Origin: Botryllus schlosseri
Taxonomy: Eukaryota
Length of the DNA stretch: 64,000 bases
Direction of reading: 5' to 3'
Assembly (NCBI GenBank): GCA_051294905.1
Contig: CM119372.1
Location: 39,806,001 to 39,870,000 of the forward strand
Shown here: piece after piece, positions 1-12,555 of the stretch
How positions within the stretch are numbered: position 1 is the stretch's first letter
How the letters are laid out: every line of letters starts with the position of its first letter
Translations under genes and position numbers: made by a program
The notes under the pieces: model-generated
Databases searched by the model: none
Seen by the model: the letters and a program-made list of their open reading frames with translations, nothing else
Told to the model about the DNA's origin: nothing

Positions 1-2344
1 TGCTTCAAAACCCACAGAACATGCTATTCACTGTCATCAATCACTTCTTCTTCTACTTCCTCATTATTACCGTTAACCCGTCCAGCGGGAAAAGCAACCA
101 TTCCTACCAAATCCGTGTTGTTCGCGCGCAACAACAGAGGGCTTATGGCAACTCAACGACAATTCTGCCGTGACCATCTCAAATATGACACACAGTTCCG
201 TGAAGTATAACCGGGCCTACACGAGACTAACATTTTGATGTCAGCATTTATTACTACAACGCATACTTCAGCAATGAGCTTCGGTGACCCCACCTTACAT
301 TCTACAACGGGGAGTCACAACAAGATGCAGCAATCCTGCATTTACATAATATATCAATGCACAAAGCACGTTTTCACTACGCATATTTTTACTTTACGCG
401 ATTCAACGATCGATGATGCAGCAATCCTGCATTTACACAGCGTATTAATGCACAAGGCACAATTTTTAATCATGCGTATCTATATTCTACGCGATTTACT
501 GCAACACATAATCATTCAAATGTCTTGGTCTAACAATTCGTCTCCCTCTGGACGTATATCTTGGACTTGACTCGTTGAGAGTTCTGCCTTCATTACATGT
601 TTGGGTCTTAGATTTGGATTCATGTCCATTATTATCGCGATCGACATCAATAGGTAAGCATTCAGATGTACGCTCTCGAGACGCGTCACTAACACTACCC
701 GGACAGTCGCTACCGCTGTCATCACAACTAGACAAAATTACATGCACGTCACCCGGATTTCCCGCGGAGTTTACAAATCAACAACATTAGGCGATCAAAA
801 AAAACACAAACATCACTTAATACCTCAAAACAACACATACACGATATTACGGCAACATTAAAGGACACATTACATTGGGCATTCAGAAAACCGATAATAT
901 CACTCGCACACGAACTAATTAGAAAGATACTGTTATTGGTATAAAAAAAAATCGAATTTCCACCTGCAATCATTTTATTCTAAATTGATATGAAACTTCC
1001 TAATTCATATCACGTAGCATTTAACATTGGTATATACCAACAGAACGAGAGTGTGCCCTATTTATTGTATTACATGCAAAGCAATGTTTGCAAATATCAT
1101 GCACTACCGCGGTGCATATTTTCTCAATGATATACTCGACATAAGGGTATCGTCGTATGGCAGAGGCCTAATATCTCTTCATAAGGCTTGCAATATATCA
1201 TCGTTCATCACACATAAATAATAAGCTATTCAGCTATTGGATGCATCATGGCATCGAATAAATAGGGTAGCCTTCTTGCCACGGGTTTACCCGCACACAT
1301 CTCTTATCAAAACATTATGCTATATAAGCACCTGCGTCATACATCTGCAAACAGCGCAGTATTTGACCCGCAGGAAATGCGACCCCTATCTGGGTAGAGA
1401 AACCAATGATTGCAAGTTACTTTACAAAACTATACTTTGTCAATATCCCAATAACAGCAACCAACTAACGTCGTAGTGCAAGAAAATAAAATCGATCTAC
1501 CTTACATTTTTCTAATCCGTTTGATGCATTAATCAGCGATTTCAGAGCTCTGGGGTTCATGCCCGGAACTGCCTCGGCATAAAAGTTATTTAACTTCTGA
1601 TTAGTCGGGACATCAACACGGTCCAACAGAACCTTTTTAAGCAAGTCGTAGCAATTAGGATCATGTGAGCTCGGAACACTTCCGTCAATAGCGGCGAATT
1701 GCGCGTCATTCAAGTTCCTCAGCAAAATGATATATTTAGATTTTTGCGACCGTACATTCTCGCCTTCAAGTTGACATTCTAACGTCATGAAATACCGTGC
1801 CGGAGCATTCTCGTTAAAAGGCCGATTGATATTGATCTCGCGAGAGGTGAATCTGTCCAGAGGTTCGTTGTCACTACTTTCCACTTCCATTTATGACAAT
1901 GAATAGCAATTGCTCATGCGAGAATTGAAAATGATTACCTTTTCCGTTGCCCGTACACGCAAATGTCGCACTGCACACAGACGAAGATTCCGCAGCAAAA
2001 ACAGCTCAGCTTCTAGCACGAATTATTGGCTATATCACTGAGAAAACAAAATTACAGTAAGCCACCTGGAATTTACACCGAAATACTAGAAATTGTCTAC
2101 TTTTAATTAACTTATTCGATCGGATATAGAATATTCATACACAATACACCTTTACAACATATCCCGACTCTCTGACATGACTCAAAGAATGAATTCTGAT
2201 ATTTATGCACTTCACTACACACTCCACCGTCTCTGAAACCGAAATAAAATGCAAAGCCCTCTCCGGGAATGCTACTTAACTTCAAAATATGTTACAATCC
2301 TCCGTATCTTCTGCGCAGGCGCTCTTCGTTGTCAATTCTTCTTG

Positions 2345-2622
2345 CGAGAACGCGCGATTGCTTTTGATGTCCGTCCTCGTCACTGATTGTGGATTGAACG
2401 TTCCCACCGTCGCCGTTTTGCAAGGCGAATCTTTATATTGATCGTTTCCGTGGTCCGTTGCTGTATTGCTCTTTCTCGCCGTCGTGCAAGGCGAATCTTC
2501 GATTGTCAATTCGTTTTGCGAGAACGTCGCGATTACTTTTGATGTCCGTCCTCGTCACTGAATGTTGATTGAACGTTTTCACCGTCGCCGTTTTTGCAAG
2601 GCGAATCTTTATATTGATTGTC
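2345..2622. repeat. Imperfect ~177-bp tandem duplication
   Basis: cttttgatgtccgtcctcgtcactga...accgtcgccgttttgcaaggcgaatctttatattgat occurs near 2361 and again near 2537. Confidence 0.85.
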
Positions 2623-2960
2623 TTCGGTCGGTCGGCCGGTCGGTCGGTCTTGATTGATTGAACGTCGGAAGGTCACCACTTTAACGCAGAGCGAACGTTT
2701 GTAGTTGTATAATTGTATATCTGACTCCAAGAAGGTTGCGTTTACAATTCGCTGCGTGTTCTCCTTCCGTTCGACGGACCGGCTAACCACGCCTTACGAC
2801 CTTGTTGGCTGACGTACCCCGAAGCCTGTCTATTGCACACGTATTCGATGGATCACACTGACGAATATATTTTGTTTCCGTCTCCCCGACTTGTAACTTT
2901 ATTGAATATCACGTACGGTTCAAAATGCAATATATATTTCTCGCAATTGGCGAAGTCTTT

Positions 2961-3045
2961 ATGAATGTCTATCGACTTCCGAACCAGCTAATAATCATGA
3001 ATGTATATCAACTTCCGAACCAGCTAATAATCATGAATGTATACA
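2961..3045. repeat. 36-bp tandem repeat, about 2.3 copies
   Basis: Unit atgaatgt(c/a)tatc(g/a)acttccgaaccagctaataatc. Confidence 0.9.
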
Positions 3046-3888
3046 TCAATACCTCTACGTGGTATTACACGTATATCTCGAAATGAACCCAACGTCGTAC
3101 GATTTCATATTTCGTTATCTACGTCCACACGACAAATTATACGACTCACAAAGGTATTATCAGGTTTCAGTTCAGGGAATTAGGCAAGGTTCACAACACT
3201 CCCTATTGTTCAAATCTTAAAATGGTGTGAACAATATATTTCGTTAAAATATTCCAGTAAATGTTTGCAGATAAAAGGCTTTTGAACCATGGCCTGCATG
3301 GTTATGAGTCAGCCGAAAAGCGTCGGGAATAACTATGAATATAATATTCAAATGCGCCATGAAGTTCTGTACTCCAAAGCGTCTCTTTGTAAAGCTCATT
3401 CTCTAATGAGTAGTATTGGCATGACTCGAGTCAACTTTTTGGTATGACTTGACTTGACTAGAGTCACCTTGAAAAATTGACTTAACTTGACTTCACGCGG
3501 CGTTACCGAAATGTGGATTGACTCGTGACTCAGGGCAAACTTTACGAGTCAATTTCTAGTCATAAAGTAATCGATGACTACTATAAATCGCTGTATTTCG
3601 TGTATATTCGGATTGTTCTCGATGCATCACATAGTTACGTCACAAATAAATTGACCTCAAACGAAATGATCATAACTTATCTTGTTGTTGTTCTAGCGCA
3701 GTGGTTCTCTTTTTGTCTTTGCGACCCCCTTTGGACCGCTACGGACCCCCGCGGACTCCCATGTCTTAATGCAAATTGACTCCTATTGTCATGCAACCGT
3801 CATCTGTCTTCTGCAAATATTAACTTAAGGCTAGTGATAAAAACAGCAAAATTACCTTTTTAAAAAAATAGCATCATACTATTTATAC

Positions 3889-5966
3889 CAGTGGTTCCCA
3901 AACTTTTTCAGTGTGAGGGCCAAATTTAGAATTTCAGAGTACGGTCGGGGCCGCACGAATACCACGGCTATGAAACGGACCCAAACAGTCATCATGGCTA
4001 TTTCGGAGTAGTTTTAATGCCCTGGCGCGATTTCGAAACTGTACACTGTTTACAGCTAGCGTACTTATCTGCTGCATTGGGTGTCCGTTGAGTGAATGAG
4101 CTTTTCTCGCCTAAAGGCGCGAAGCGCGAGAAATTTCTTTAGTTTCATCACTGAATCGGTCAATATGATCGGGAATTGCATGTAGGCTATTGCTATCAAT
4201 TTTCATCCTGTCTCTGTTCACGTAATCTGATTTACCGGTAGAGCTGAGTGAGGTGTGTTTGAAAAGGTATAGGCCCCCTAAATAGTAATTAAACATATCC
4301 GGGGGTATACCCGTTGGCAGGAACGTAACAGCACTTCGTCGGGACCCCGGGCTCCCATAGGGTGATAAACTGACCCCGCATCACGTTGTTCGCTTTTGTC
4401 ACGAAATTAAAGTTGTACTGTTTAGTGAGACAGCGCGACGGGCGAATACTTCGATAATTCATGATAAAATCGGTGAATAAGATCGGGAATTGCATGGTTG
4501 TCCTCTTTGCCCGGTAGAGCTGAGTGAGAGGTGTCTTTGAAACTGCAGACCCCGTAAAATTAAACATCTTCGGGCGGGCGGACCCCTAGGTATGACTTTT
4601 TTACATGATGTTATTTCGTGAATTCCTGTCTGCTATATCAAAAAATGAAGAATTGCCCAAGCCTACTAAACTGAAAGATCACACGATTTCAGATTGGTAT
4701 TTCTTCACTGGCTTATAATTTTCTTTCCTGCGAGATGGTATTTGTCTTGTGAAGTTCAGATTGCCAAGACAAGAACATTCGGCGCCAGTCATTTAGGTGC
4801 CTATATGGACAATTAAACCTATATGTATTTGTATATATACCGAAGTTTTTGGTATTTCGAAGTTTTTGGTCAGCATAAAAGTAGTCCTTTACGGCCAAGG
4901 CTTTCTCGCTGCCGATCGTTCTGACATACTTCTTGGACTCACATGTTACATGGCCTAAAACTTTATTTGTCTTGGTGCGTTGTGGTGCGGTCATGGCCAA
5001 CGCTGATATGCCCGTTTCTATAAATCTTGCGTATTTTTTCTTAGGGAAGAGTACCCAATAATCAAGATAAGTGGCGAATTGAAATCGCGCAACGCGCGAA
5101 AATTTTTTGGAAAAGTTGCATAAATTTTCAAAAAATACTCCATAATTTATGCTAATTCACGAAATAATTTTGGGCCCCCTTCGAGCTCGGCCCCCCTCAA
5201 TTGGGGGGTTTGGGGTGCGGCAGTTACGGACCTGACTATAGGACTACCAATTATGCTGCTTTAAGCCGACTAAGCAGTATGCATCTCGGCGTATTCAACC
5301 GTGAGTCACGTGTTGCACATCTAGTTATCATACGTCGTCTTTTTAAGATGATTTGTCCTCTTTTTTGATTTTTTTTTTAAAGTGTCCTCGGAGGACGCCC
5401 AAATGTCACCTTTTTTTGAGATTTTGTCTTCTTTTTTGAGGATTTTGGTTACATATAGGGCCAAATTCGACTGATATAGGCCTACCTTAAGACAGCACTG
5501 TAGGAACGCTACGGCGGCTATTTCGGGAGCGGGACCAGAACATTGACCTTTTTTTCAGTCAACCACCTGCTAATATGAAAGAAAAACTGTATTTTCCGGG
5601 AGTTGAGCCTCTTTTTCTTTTTAATTTAAGCCACCACGAAGTGGAAAAAATATACCATTTTTTCAGGATTTTCCTCCGGTTTTGAAAGTTATCAATACCT
5701 ATTTATATATATAGCTACTGCTCGTTCAACTGGAAAGTTAGGGCACATTGCATTGAAACAGCAGAGACGTAACGTTAGCAGTCTATACTCACAACTTTCC
5801 TGCAATTCTATAATTAAAAACTACAGAGGCCAAGCCAAGCAAGAGTATTTTATTAATATAAATTTTATTTTTTGTCATAAATCAATTTCTTAATATATTT
5901 TGGGGGCCGCAAGAAGGCTATCTGGGGGCCGCACGCGGCCCTCGGGGCCGCACTTGGGAATCACTG
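3889..5966. mobile_element. Non-autonomous hAT element (family A), copy 1, with nested insertions
   Basis: TIRs CAGTGGTTCCCAA / TTGGGAATCACTG. Both ends are near-identical to 12556-14541. Contains a 5'-truncated family-B copy (~4090-5234) and a GAGGAC-family fragment (~5328-5686). TSD not conserved. Confidence 0.85.
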
Positions 5967-6378
5967 CTTTAGATCACTCGTCAACAGAAGTAGGCTTAAA
6001 TTGTTTTCCGGATGTGTAGATGGGTGGTGTATTCACTGTCTTGCGTCATCACTTTGTTCCAACTTCTCGAGGTTTCGTATTCGATCCTCTATTTGGCTCA
6101 TAACTACAGTCTGGAGTTTTATATACTGTTACTCGCGTATTTTATCAGCAGTTCTAAGTACGAATAAGTGAAATAAACGTCTTTTTGAAATATATATTTA
6201 ATTTTATATTGGTTATTTGATTCAGAATAAATGACGAATCAATCTGCGTTTCAAACCGAATAGCAAAATGTAATCAATTTGTATCATCCCACATACTTCT
6301 AAAATTCAATTTGACTTAAATTGAGACTCAACTCGTAACTTCATTCACATTCCATCATTTCAAAATCCTCGTCTCCAG

Positions 6379-6478
6379 GGCTCGAGGAATTACATCAAGG
6401 GACCAGGGAAGGAAATATGGAAATGGAAATCAACATGATCACGAAAAATGCGGGAATTCATTGGGTGGCTAAATACAG
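6379..6478 (+). CDS. Fibrinogen C-terminal domain (FReD; ficolin/tenascin/angiopoietin-like) gene, penultimate coding exon
   Basis: Acceptor gtctccag|GG. Translates (G)LEELHQGTREGNMEMEINMITKNAGIHWVAKY(S), matching the FReD 'GLE.IH.LT...L.I.....G....A.Y' segment. Ends TAC AG|gcaagc in phase 2, compatible with the exon at 11154. Upstream exons were not found in the window. Confidence 0.8.
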
Positions 6479-6927
6479 GCAAGCTTTATTTCGTTACATC
6501 AAATAATGCACAAATCGGTACAATAAAATGAGCAACAAAACTAAACGAAATGTCCGCAGGTTAAGAGCCGCTGTATTAGAGTGTGTATGCGAAAGTATTT
6601 CGTGTTTTGTTTTAAAATGCATTGTGAGCGTCAGCGTGACTGTCTTCGGGCGAATATATGATTCAGTAATGGGATCTATAAGCTGAGTCGTCATCGCAAT
6701 GATAGAAAATATCATATAGCCTGTCGAAAATCTGACGGGAAATGGTATCTCGTAGTTGCCTTTAGAAATTCAATAGCACCCGAACTGTGTTTTTTGGTCG
6801 AGGCAGGTTGCGTGTGTTTGGTCTTGAAATCTGAACAGGCTGCATGGCAGCATACGGAAAATTCAGTACAGAGTTGCGCACGTTAATCGAAGTAATATCT
6901 ATCTGTTAAGTCGTGATCAATATACAT

Positions 6928-7319
6928 CAGTGGTTCCCAACCTTTTTTGACTCATCGCCCCCTTATCAAGCTCAACCCCGATCATCACCCCCCCCCCCCC
7001 ACATTTTGTGAACCGAAAAATCGGTATACAATCTGTAATCATCGGCGGGTTGACTAAAAAAAGGTCAACTTTTCGGCTCGGTGTCGAATTTTACACTTTT
7101 GCAACTAAATTTCCGTGGGTTGACTATAAAAAAAAGGTCATTTCTCCGACTTGACTCCAAAATAGCCGTTTTAACGCGTCATCGCCCCCCTATCGCCCCC
7201 TTCGCTATTTTCGCCCCCTTTGTCCATTTTCACCCCCTATCGCCCCCTTCGTCATTTTCGCCCCCCTAGGCCGCCAAATCGCCCCCTGGGGGCGATATCG
7301 CCCACGTTGGGAACCACTG
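6928..7319. mobile_element. hAT MITE with (T)CGCCCCC subterminal repeats, copy 1
   Basis: TIR CAGTGGTTCCCAAC; perfect 8-bp TSD atatacat. Confidence 0.95.
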
Positions 7320-7749
7320 ATATACATCATGGCCACAAAGTGCAGTGAAATAGGCATGGCCGAAAACATACCAAATCATATTAAATGAGCTTTAGAACTG
7401 ACATTATATTCTTTAAGGTCGGATATAAGGAAGGCCTAGCTATTTCGTTCCACAACTTCCAATATATTTCATACTGGTAAATACTCGGGCGATATTTTTG
7501 AGATGTCAGAAAAAGTCGAAATTTTGTCAAAATTGTAGCGTTAGGTCCACAAATTGTCAAAATTGTCTACAAAGTCAAAAAATATTTCCAATCTGCAATT
7601 TGTTTGTATCGCAGATGTTTCCACAGTCGATGAGCTTATTTTACATTGTACCGCTTGTAGCATACTTTATAGGCCTACCGTTGTAGGCGGCCTATTGTCT
7701 GCTTACTGTGAATCATAAACCGTCAAATAGGTTGACATGGTACCGCAGC

Positions 7750-8021
7750 GTGCCGGAATATCCTAACTGAAGCAAGACTGCGTGGGCATTGGTTCTTGTA
7801 TCAAGACTCGCATAATGAAAAATTGTGATGTGGATCATATTGTTAGAATGAAGCAACACGGTTTGTCACCAGCAGTGTACGCACAACTTCAGTGTTGCCA
7901 GCCAACAACTTATCCTGTTGAACGTTCTTTCTCCATTCTTATGAAGCTACTTAGTAAGGAAAAACAATCACTACGAGAGAATGTAGGAAAGTATCTTTCG
8001 TTGTATCACAACATATTTTAA
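7750..8021 (+). pseudogene. hAT-like transposase C-terminal (dimerisation domain) fragment
   Basis: CCQPTTYPVERSFSILMKLL resembles the hATC P.TS..VERSFS motif; followed by AGGTCAAA-type subterminal repeats to ~8340. Confidence 0.6.
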
Positions 8022-8955
8022 TTATTTCTACCATAATGCATGATGTAGGCCCAACTACTGAAATTCAGATTTCCTTAAAATGAAGTTTTTTTAGGTCAAA
8101 CTTTGACAGGTTTTAAATCCAAACAGTTTTATCAGGCCAGGGTATTTCGTAAGGACAGACAGTTCCAACAAGAAATGAAGATAAGTAGTACAATTCTAAC
8201 ATTATGTGCTAAAACACCTAAAACACCACGAGGTCGATTTTTTTCAAAATTAAGTTTTTCAAGGTCACAAATGTCAAAATTTTGATTTTTAGGTCGAAAT
8301 CCTCCGTTTTATAGGTCAAACTAAATCGCCCCGTTATGACGTTATAACGATTAGCACTAGAATACTCGTCTCGACTCGACGCCCAATACTCGATGGGAAT
8401 CGAATCATTCAGTTACTAGATTTGCCCAGCCCTAATGTTGATGAGGTGTCGCTATGAGTGGGAAATAGACAATGCGCATGCCTTTCTTATAGTTTGGCTT
8501 ATTTCGTAAACACACCGCAGTCTGAGAGAATTTTTTGGATTCTCTCATTCGTATCTTTTTAAAGCCGACCAGTCAGGTGCCAATAACTGTGGCTTGGATA
8601 TGTCACTAACGGGTATTTGATACGATGTTGTGACGTCGGTTATAGACTCCGAAGCCCAGGTGCTGTGAATGCTCCAACTAATGCAGTGACTTGGAAAACT
8701 AGAAACTTATTATCTTTGCCAAATTAGAATATCATTAGAATTACACCTATAGATTTTTTCCAAATTAAACTAGAATAACAATTATACCAACATTGTGTTT
8801 ATTCTTTAAATTAAATTGAAATTAGACTTACAGCTATACATTTTTCCAGACTAGATTATATTTAAAATGAATGAAATCAGCAAAAAATGAAATTTTAATC
8901 AAGTTTGGCTTACATCAAATCGTCGTTCATTCTCATGAGCATGAGAAATCTAATA

Positions 8956-10623
8956 CGGGGATCACCAACACGCGATTCACGGGCCGCATGCGGTCCAGTA
9001 GGTCATATTTTGCGGCCCGCGACTTGATTTGAGATTGCGAAAAAATGCTAAAAAAAAGCATTTTGAAATGCTGAAATTGATTACAGTTTTAACATATTCT
9101 TGTTGTTGTTTTAAAATAAACCGTTGTCCTGAGCCCAACATCACTATTCCTCACTAACTAAAACGGCTTTGGCGGTGGCAACAGCATTTCATCGAGGGAA
9201 AATCAGCTGATATGAATGAGTCAGTGTTGGGATGACTCGAGTCACCTTTTTCGTATGACTTGACTTGACTCGAGTCACTTTGTTAAAATGACTTGACTTG
9301 ACTTGACTCGGCGCATCAGAAATGTGGATTGACTCGTGTGACACGAAGCAAAATTCACGAGTCAATTTCAAGTAATCAAGCAATCGAGGTCGATAAAAAT
9401 CACTGTATCTTGCAATCGCAGTAAAACGCACGATCATTGAATGATTGTTCGCGAAACGCTGGTATAACCCGTGAGAACGACCAATCATTCAATGATCGTG
9501 CGTTTTACTGAGCCTATATTGTTCTCTAACAAATAAACTAATTGCTTACGAAGTGATCGAAGCTTACAGCTTACGCTGTCGTAAACTAGCATAGTAAAGT
9601 ATTTTAATCGAAAAATGTCTATTACTTCTCTCTGTACCTGAATCAAACGTCTTTATTGAAATTAAATTCGAAGATAGTTTATATAGTCTTCGACCATTGG
9701 TGCAGGCTCGAATTGTATCATATCCATTTGTAAATGGGTAATGTATTGCATCTTATCAATTCGTTTCTCTATTCTCTATATTGGCTGGTAACTATAAACT
9801 GAGGCTATGCCATTATAATTGCGTAGTTCAGCATTTATACGTATATGTGAGCGATACAGCGCCGTCTTACGTGTATATTTAACTTCATATTCGTTCATCG
9901 GTTCAAAATCAATGACCGGTTAATCTGTATTTCAGACAGCTAGCAAAATGCAATTGCGTAGGCATTCGAAAAGGCAACTTGACTTGAAATGTGACTTGAC
10001 TCGTGACTTGAGTTGACTTGCCTCGACTTGACTCGAATAACCTCCAAAAATCGAGTGACTTGACTTGACTCGAGTCACCTTCGAAAATCGATTGACTTGA
10101 CTTGACTCGAGTCAAAATGTGCAATGACTCGAAATGACTCGTGACTCGAAGGTAGTGACTTGATCCCAACACTGGTATGAGCATATTGCCTTGATGTGCA
10201 ATGAACCAAACACTGCCAAGACCGAGAAACGCTTAGAAAACGGCATAGAACTTCGCCATATAATCAATCTTTACGTGAAGACGATCTTTCAGCTAGTTAC
10301 CTCACTCGCTAGCCCTAATATCGATTCCTCAATCACTGAAAAGCGTTGTCAGGGATCGTGCACAGCTCAGAGTTCACAATAAAATGAAATTGATCATCAG
10401 GATTTTTGATGTATTTGTATTCATTTGATAAAATATTACTTCCTTTGTGGCAACTATGCCCATCGCCTATATTAGATAGCACAGCGTTGTACTAACATGA
10501 AATTTGTAAACGTGGTTGCTAATCTGCGTGGCCTATTTTATATCAATATTGAATTTCTGCGGCCCGCGGCCGCTACGAAATTGGAAAACTGACTCGCGAC
10601 CCGTTTTGAGTTGGCGACCCCTG
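8956..10623. mobile_element. Non-autonomous hAT element (family C) inserted in an ATTAGA-rich repeat and hosting a GACTT/GACTC MITE
   Basis: Ends cggggatcaccaac / gttggcgacccctg; TSD atctaata/atctaatg (7/8). Reverse-complement homologue of 15682-16676. Confidence 0.8.
9222..10174. mobile_element. hAT-type MITE with GACTT/GACTC pentamer arrays (related pieces at ~3412-3690 and 55395-55612)
   Basis: TIR CAGTGTTGGGAT / ATCCCAACACTG; degenerate TSD gaatgagt/gtatgagc. Confidence 0.85.
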
Positions 10624-10854
10624 ATCTAATGGACTTATATCGCACTATGCAGTTCTCCTGTAGCATCTACACTTTTACAAATCCAGAAATTATATTAGAA
10701 TGAAAATAAGAGCATAGAAACATTTCATAAATGAGATTATAATTATATTTGAAGTAAAAAAACATTTTCACAAATTAGATCAGAATTAGATCCCGGCATT
10801 TCCATTTGATAATTGGTCTAATTTGTCAACTAAAATTATCTAATTTAATGGTAC

Positions 10855-11012
10855 ATTCATATTGACACGAACCGGAATATTTTCTGCTGACACTCGTCAG
10901 GGGTGATCGTCAGCAACCTGACGAGTGTCAGCCGAGAATATTCGGGTTCATTTCAATATGAATATTGTAATAAATTGTATATTGACGTTCTGTACCTCTA
11001 AGAAGCTCTTAA
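10855..11012. mobile_element. Penelope-like pseudo-LTR fragments in inverted arrangement, each with a decayed hammerhead motif
   Basis: attcatattg...ctgacactcgtcagg / cctgacgagtgtcag...caatatgaat form inverted arms; same family as 38337-38487. Confidence 0.8.
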
Positions 11013-11153
11013 AATTATTTTGTTCCCAAAGTCGGCAAGTCTAAACTGAAGAGCACATACGGGGCCGCATTCCTATTATCATAGTATTCCAGATATCTGA
11101 TCTCAAACTCTATTGATATCACAATCGACTTTCTTCAATGTTATCTATTTCAG

Positions 11154-11469
11154 CAATTTTCAAATCGGATCAAGTTCCGACAATTACAGACTGACCTTTT
11201 CCGGATATTCCGGGAATGCAACCCTCAATTATCTGGTATTTAACAACGGTCAACAATTCTCAACGAAAGATGCCGATCACGATCCTTGGGGGCGAAATTG
11301 CGCTTCTGACCACGAAGGAGGCTGGTGGTATCACGCGTGCGGCTGGAGCGGTCTGAATGGAATCTTCAACAAAACTTGGTGGCAGGGAATTTGGGTGTAT
11401 GACGGTGCCACCCTCACACGGCTGCGCTACTCGGAGATGAAGTTTCACAGAAAAATAAAGGATGAATAG
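11154..11469 (+). CDS. Fibrinogen C-terminal domain gene, terminal coding exon
   Basis: Acceptor tatttcag|C. Translates NFQIGSSSDNYRLTFSGYSGNA...NNGQQFSTKDADHD...NCASDHEGGWWYHACGWSGLNG...WWQGIW...SEMKF, with the hallmark FReD motifs FSTxDxDxD, NCA, GGWWY..C...LNG and EMK. Stop TAG at 11467-11469. Confidence 0.93.
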
Positions 11470-12555
11470 AGGCCTGAAAAACGCAATCAAATAACGTTTT
11501 GTAGTAAACTATGGACCTACCCTGACTGATTCGTTGTTCATCTTCGTTAGTATTCGAAATATGTTAGAAATGACTATATGTAGACTGAGTAGACTAGTAG
11601 CAGTGGTTTTTAACCTTTTTCGTCTCGCGGGACACCTTTTGCCGATAGCTTAGCTAAAGCATAAAACAAAACAAACATACAATTGTAAAGAACTAGTTAT
11701 ACAATTAGCAGTTCTACCGTAAAAATCTGAACACCTTGTGAATCCAGTGTATCTTCCGATACAACCCTAAACCCGGATTCATCCCCTAAATATTTCAAAA
11801 TTCCCTAAGGGAGGAATTCCCCCGGTTGTGAACCGCAGGAGTAGAGAATCTGTCGAATATATGGAACTTTACATGTAGTTTATTCAGTTTGATGAAAGGA
11901 AACTGACTTTTGTAGATACTCTTACTCCCACTGCCTCATTATTGGTTATTTCTCCTTACAGTTGGTAGCGTTTGTTGGTCGAAAACCACCGCGGGTCGTA
12001 AGACACAGTTTCCCCGACTGCCAATTATATAAAATTTATTTTCTGCGTGACTGCTTGATCGAGTTCTAACGTACAACAGTAATGCTTGCCAGAAATTTTA
12101 CAAAGGGTAAATATGATGACCAGTGATCTCGATTTCACACAAGATAGATGGAGTTGAATGGTCCTCGTGAAAATAGTTTTGCAGCATATCGTATACGGTC
12201 GCTTTCTGAGGAAAACGGCTGATGTAAAATATTTGTCACGGTTGAGACATTAGTTTTAGGTCCCCATGATATATAGGGTCCGTGGACTTATGAGCATGCG
12301 ACATAATAGGTTAGTTTGGGGGTTATAAAGTCACATGCTCAAGTAACATATGTTAACGCGTTGCACGCTCAAATGTAATACCATGATGGTAGCAGCACAT
12401 TTATTGTCATCATTAAATTGGTATTATGACAGTATTTATGACGGCTAGGCTACAAATGCCTTCGCAGTCATTATCAGATGAATACTGTTCGAAGTATCGT
12501 ATATCTAAAAGGTATGGTAAACAGCTCCCACGTATGACTTGCTGACTGTATTAAC

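Larger units (their letters stand above)
496..3195 (-). mobile_element. Decayed/internally deleted Ty3-Gypsy-like LTR retrotransposon remnant (gag-like ORF 1465-1890; integrase-tail-like ORF 496-747)
   Basis: PARYFMTLECQL...VRSQKSKY...YDLLKKVLLDR resembles the Gypsy gag N-terminal P..WF...E.QF....I.....K...Y..LK..LL.R pattern. RYTSRGRRIVRPRHLNDYV* resembles the typical Gypsy Pol C-terminus. LTR limits are not established. Confidence 0.6.
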
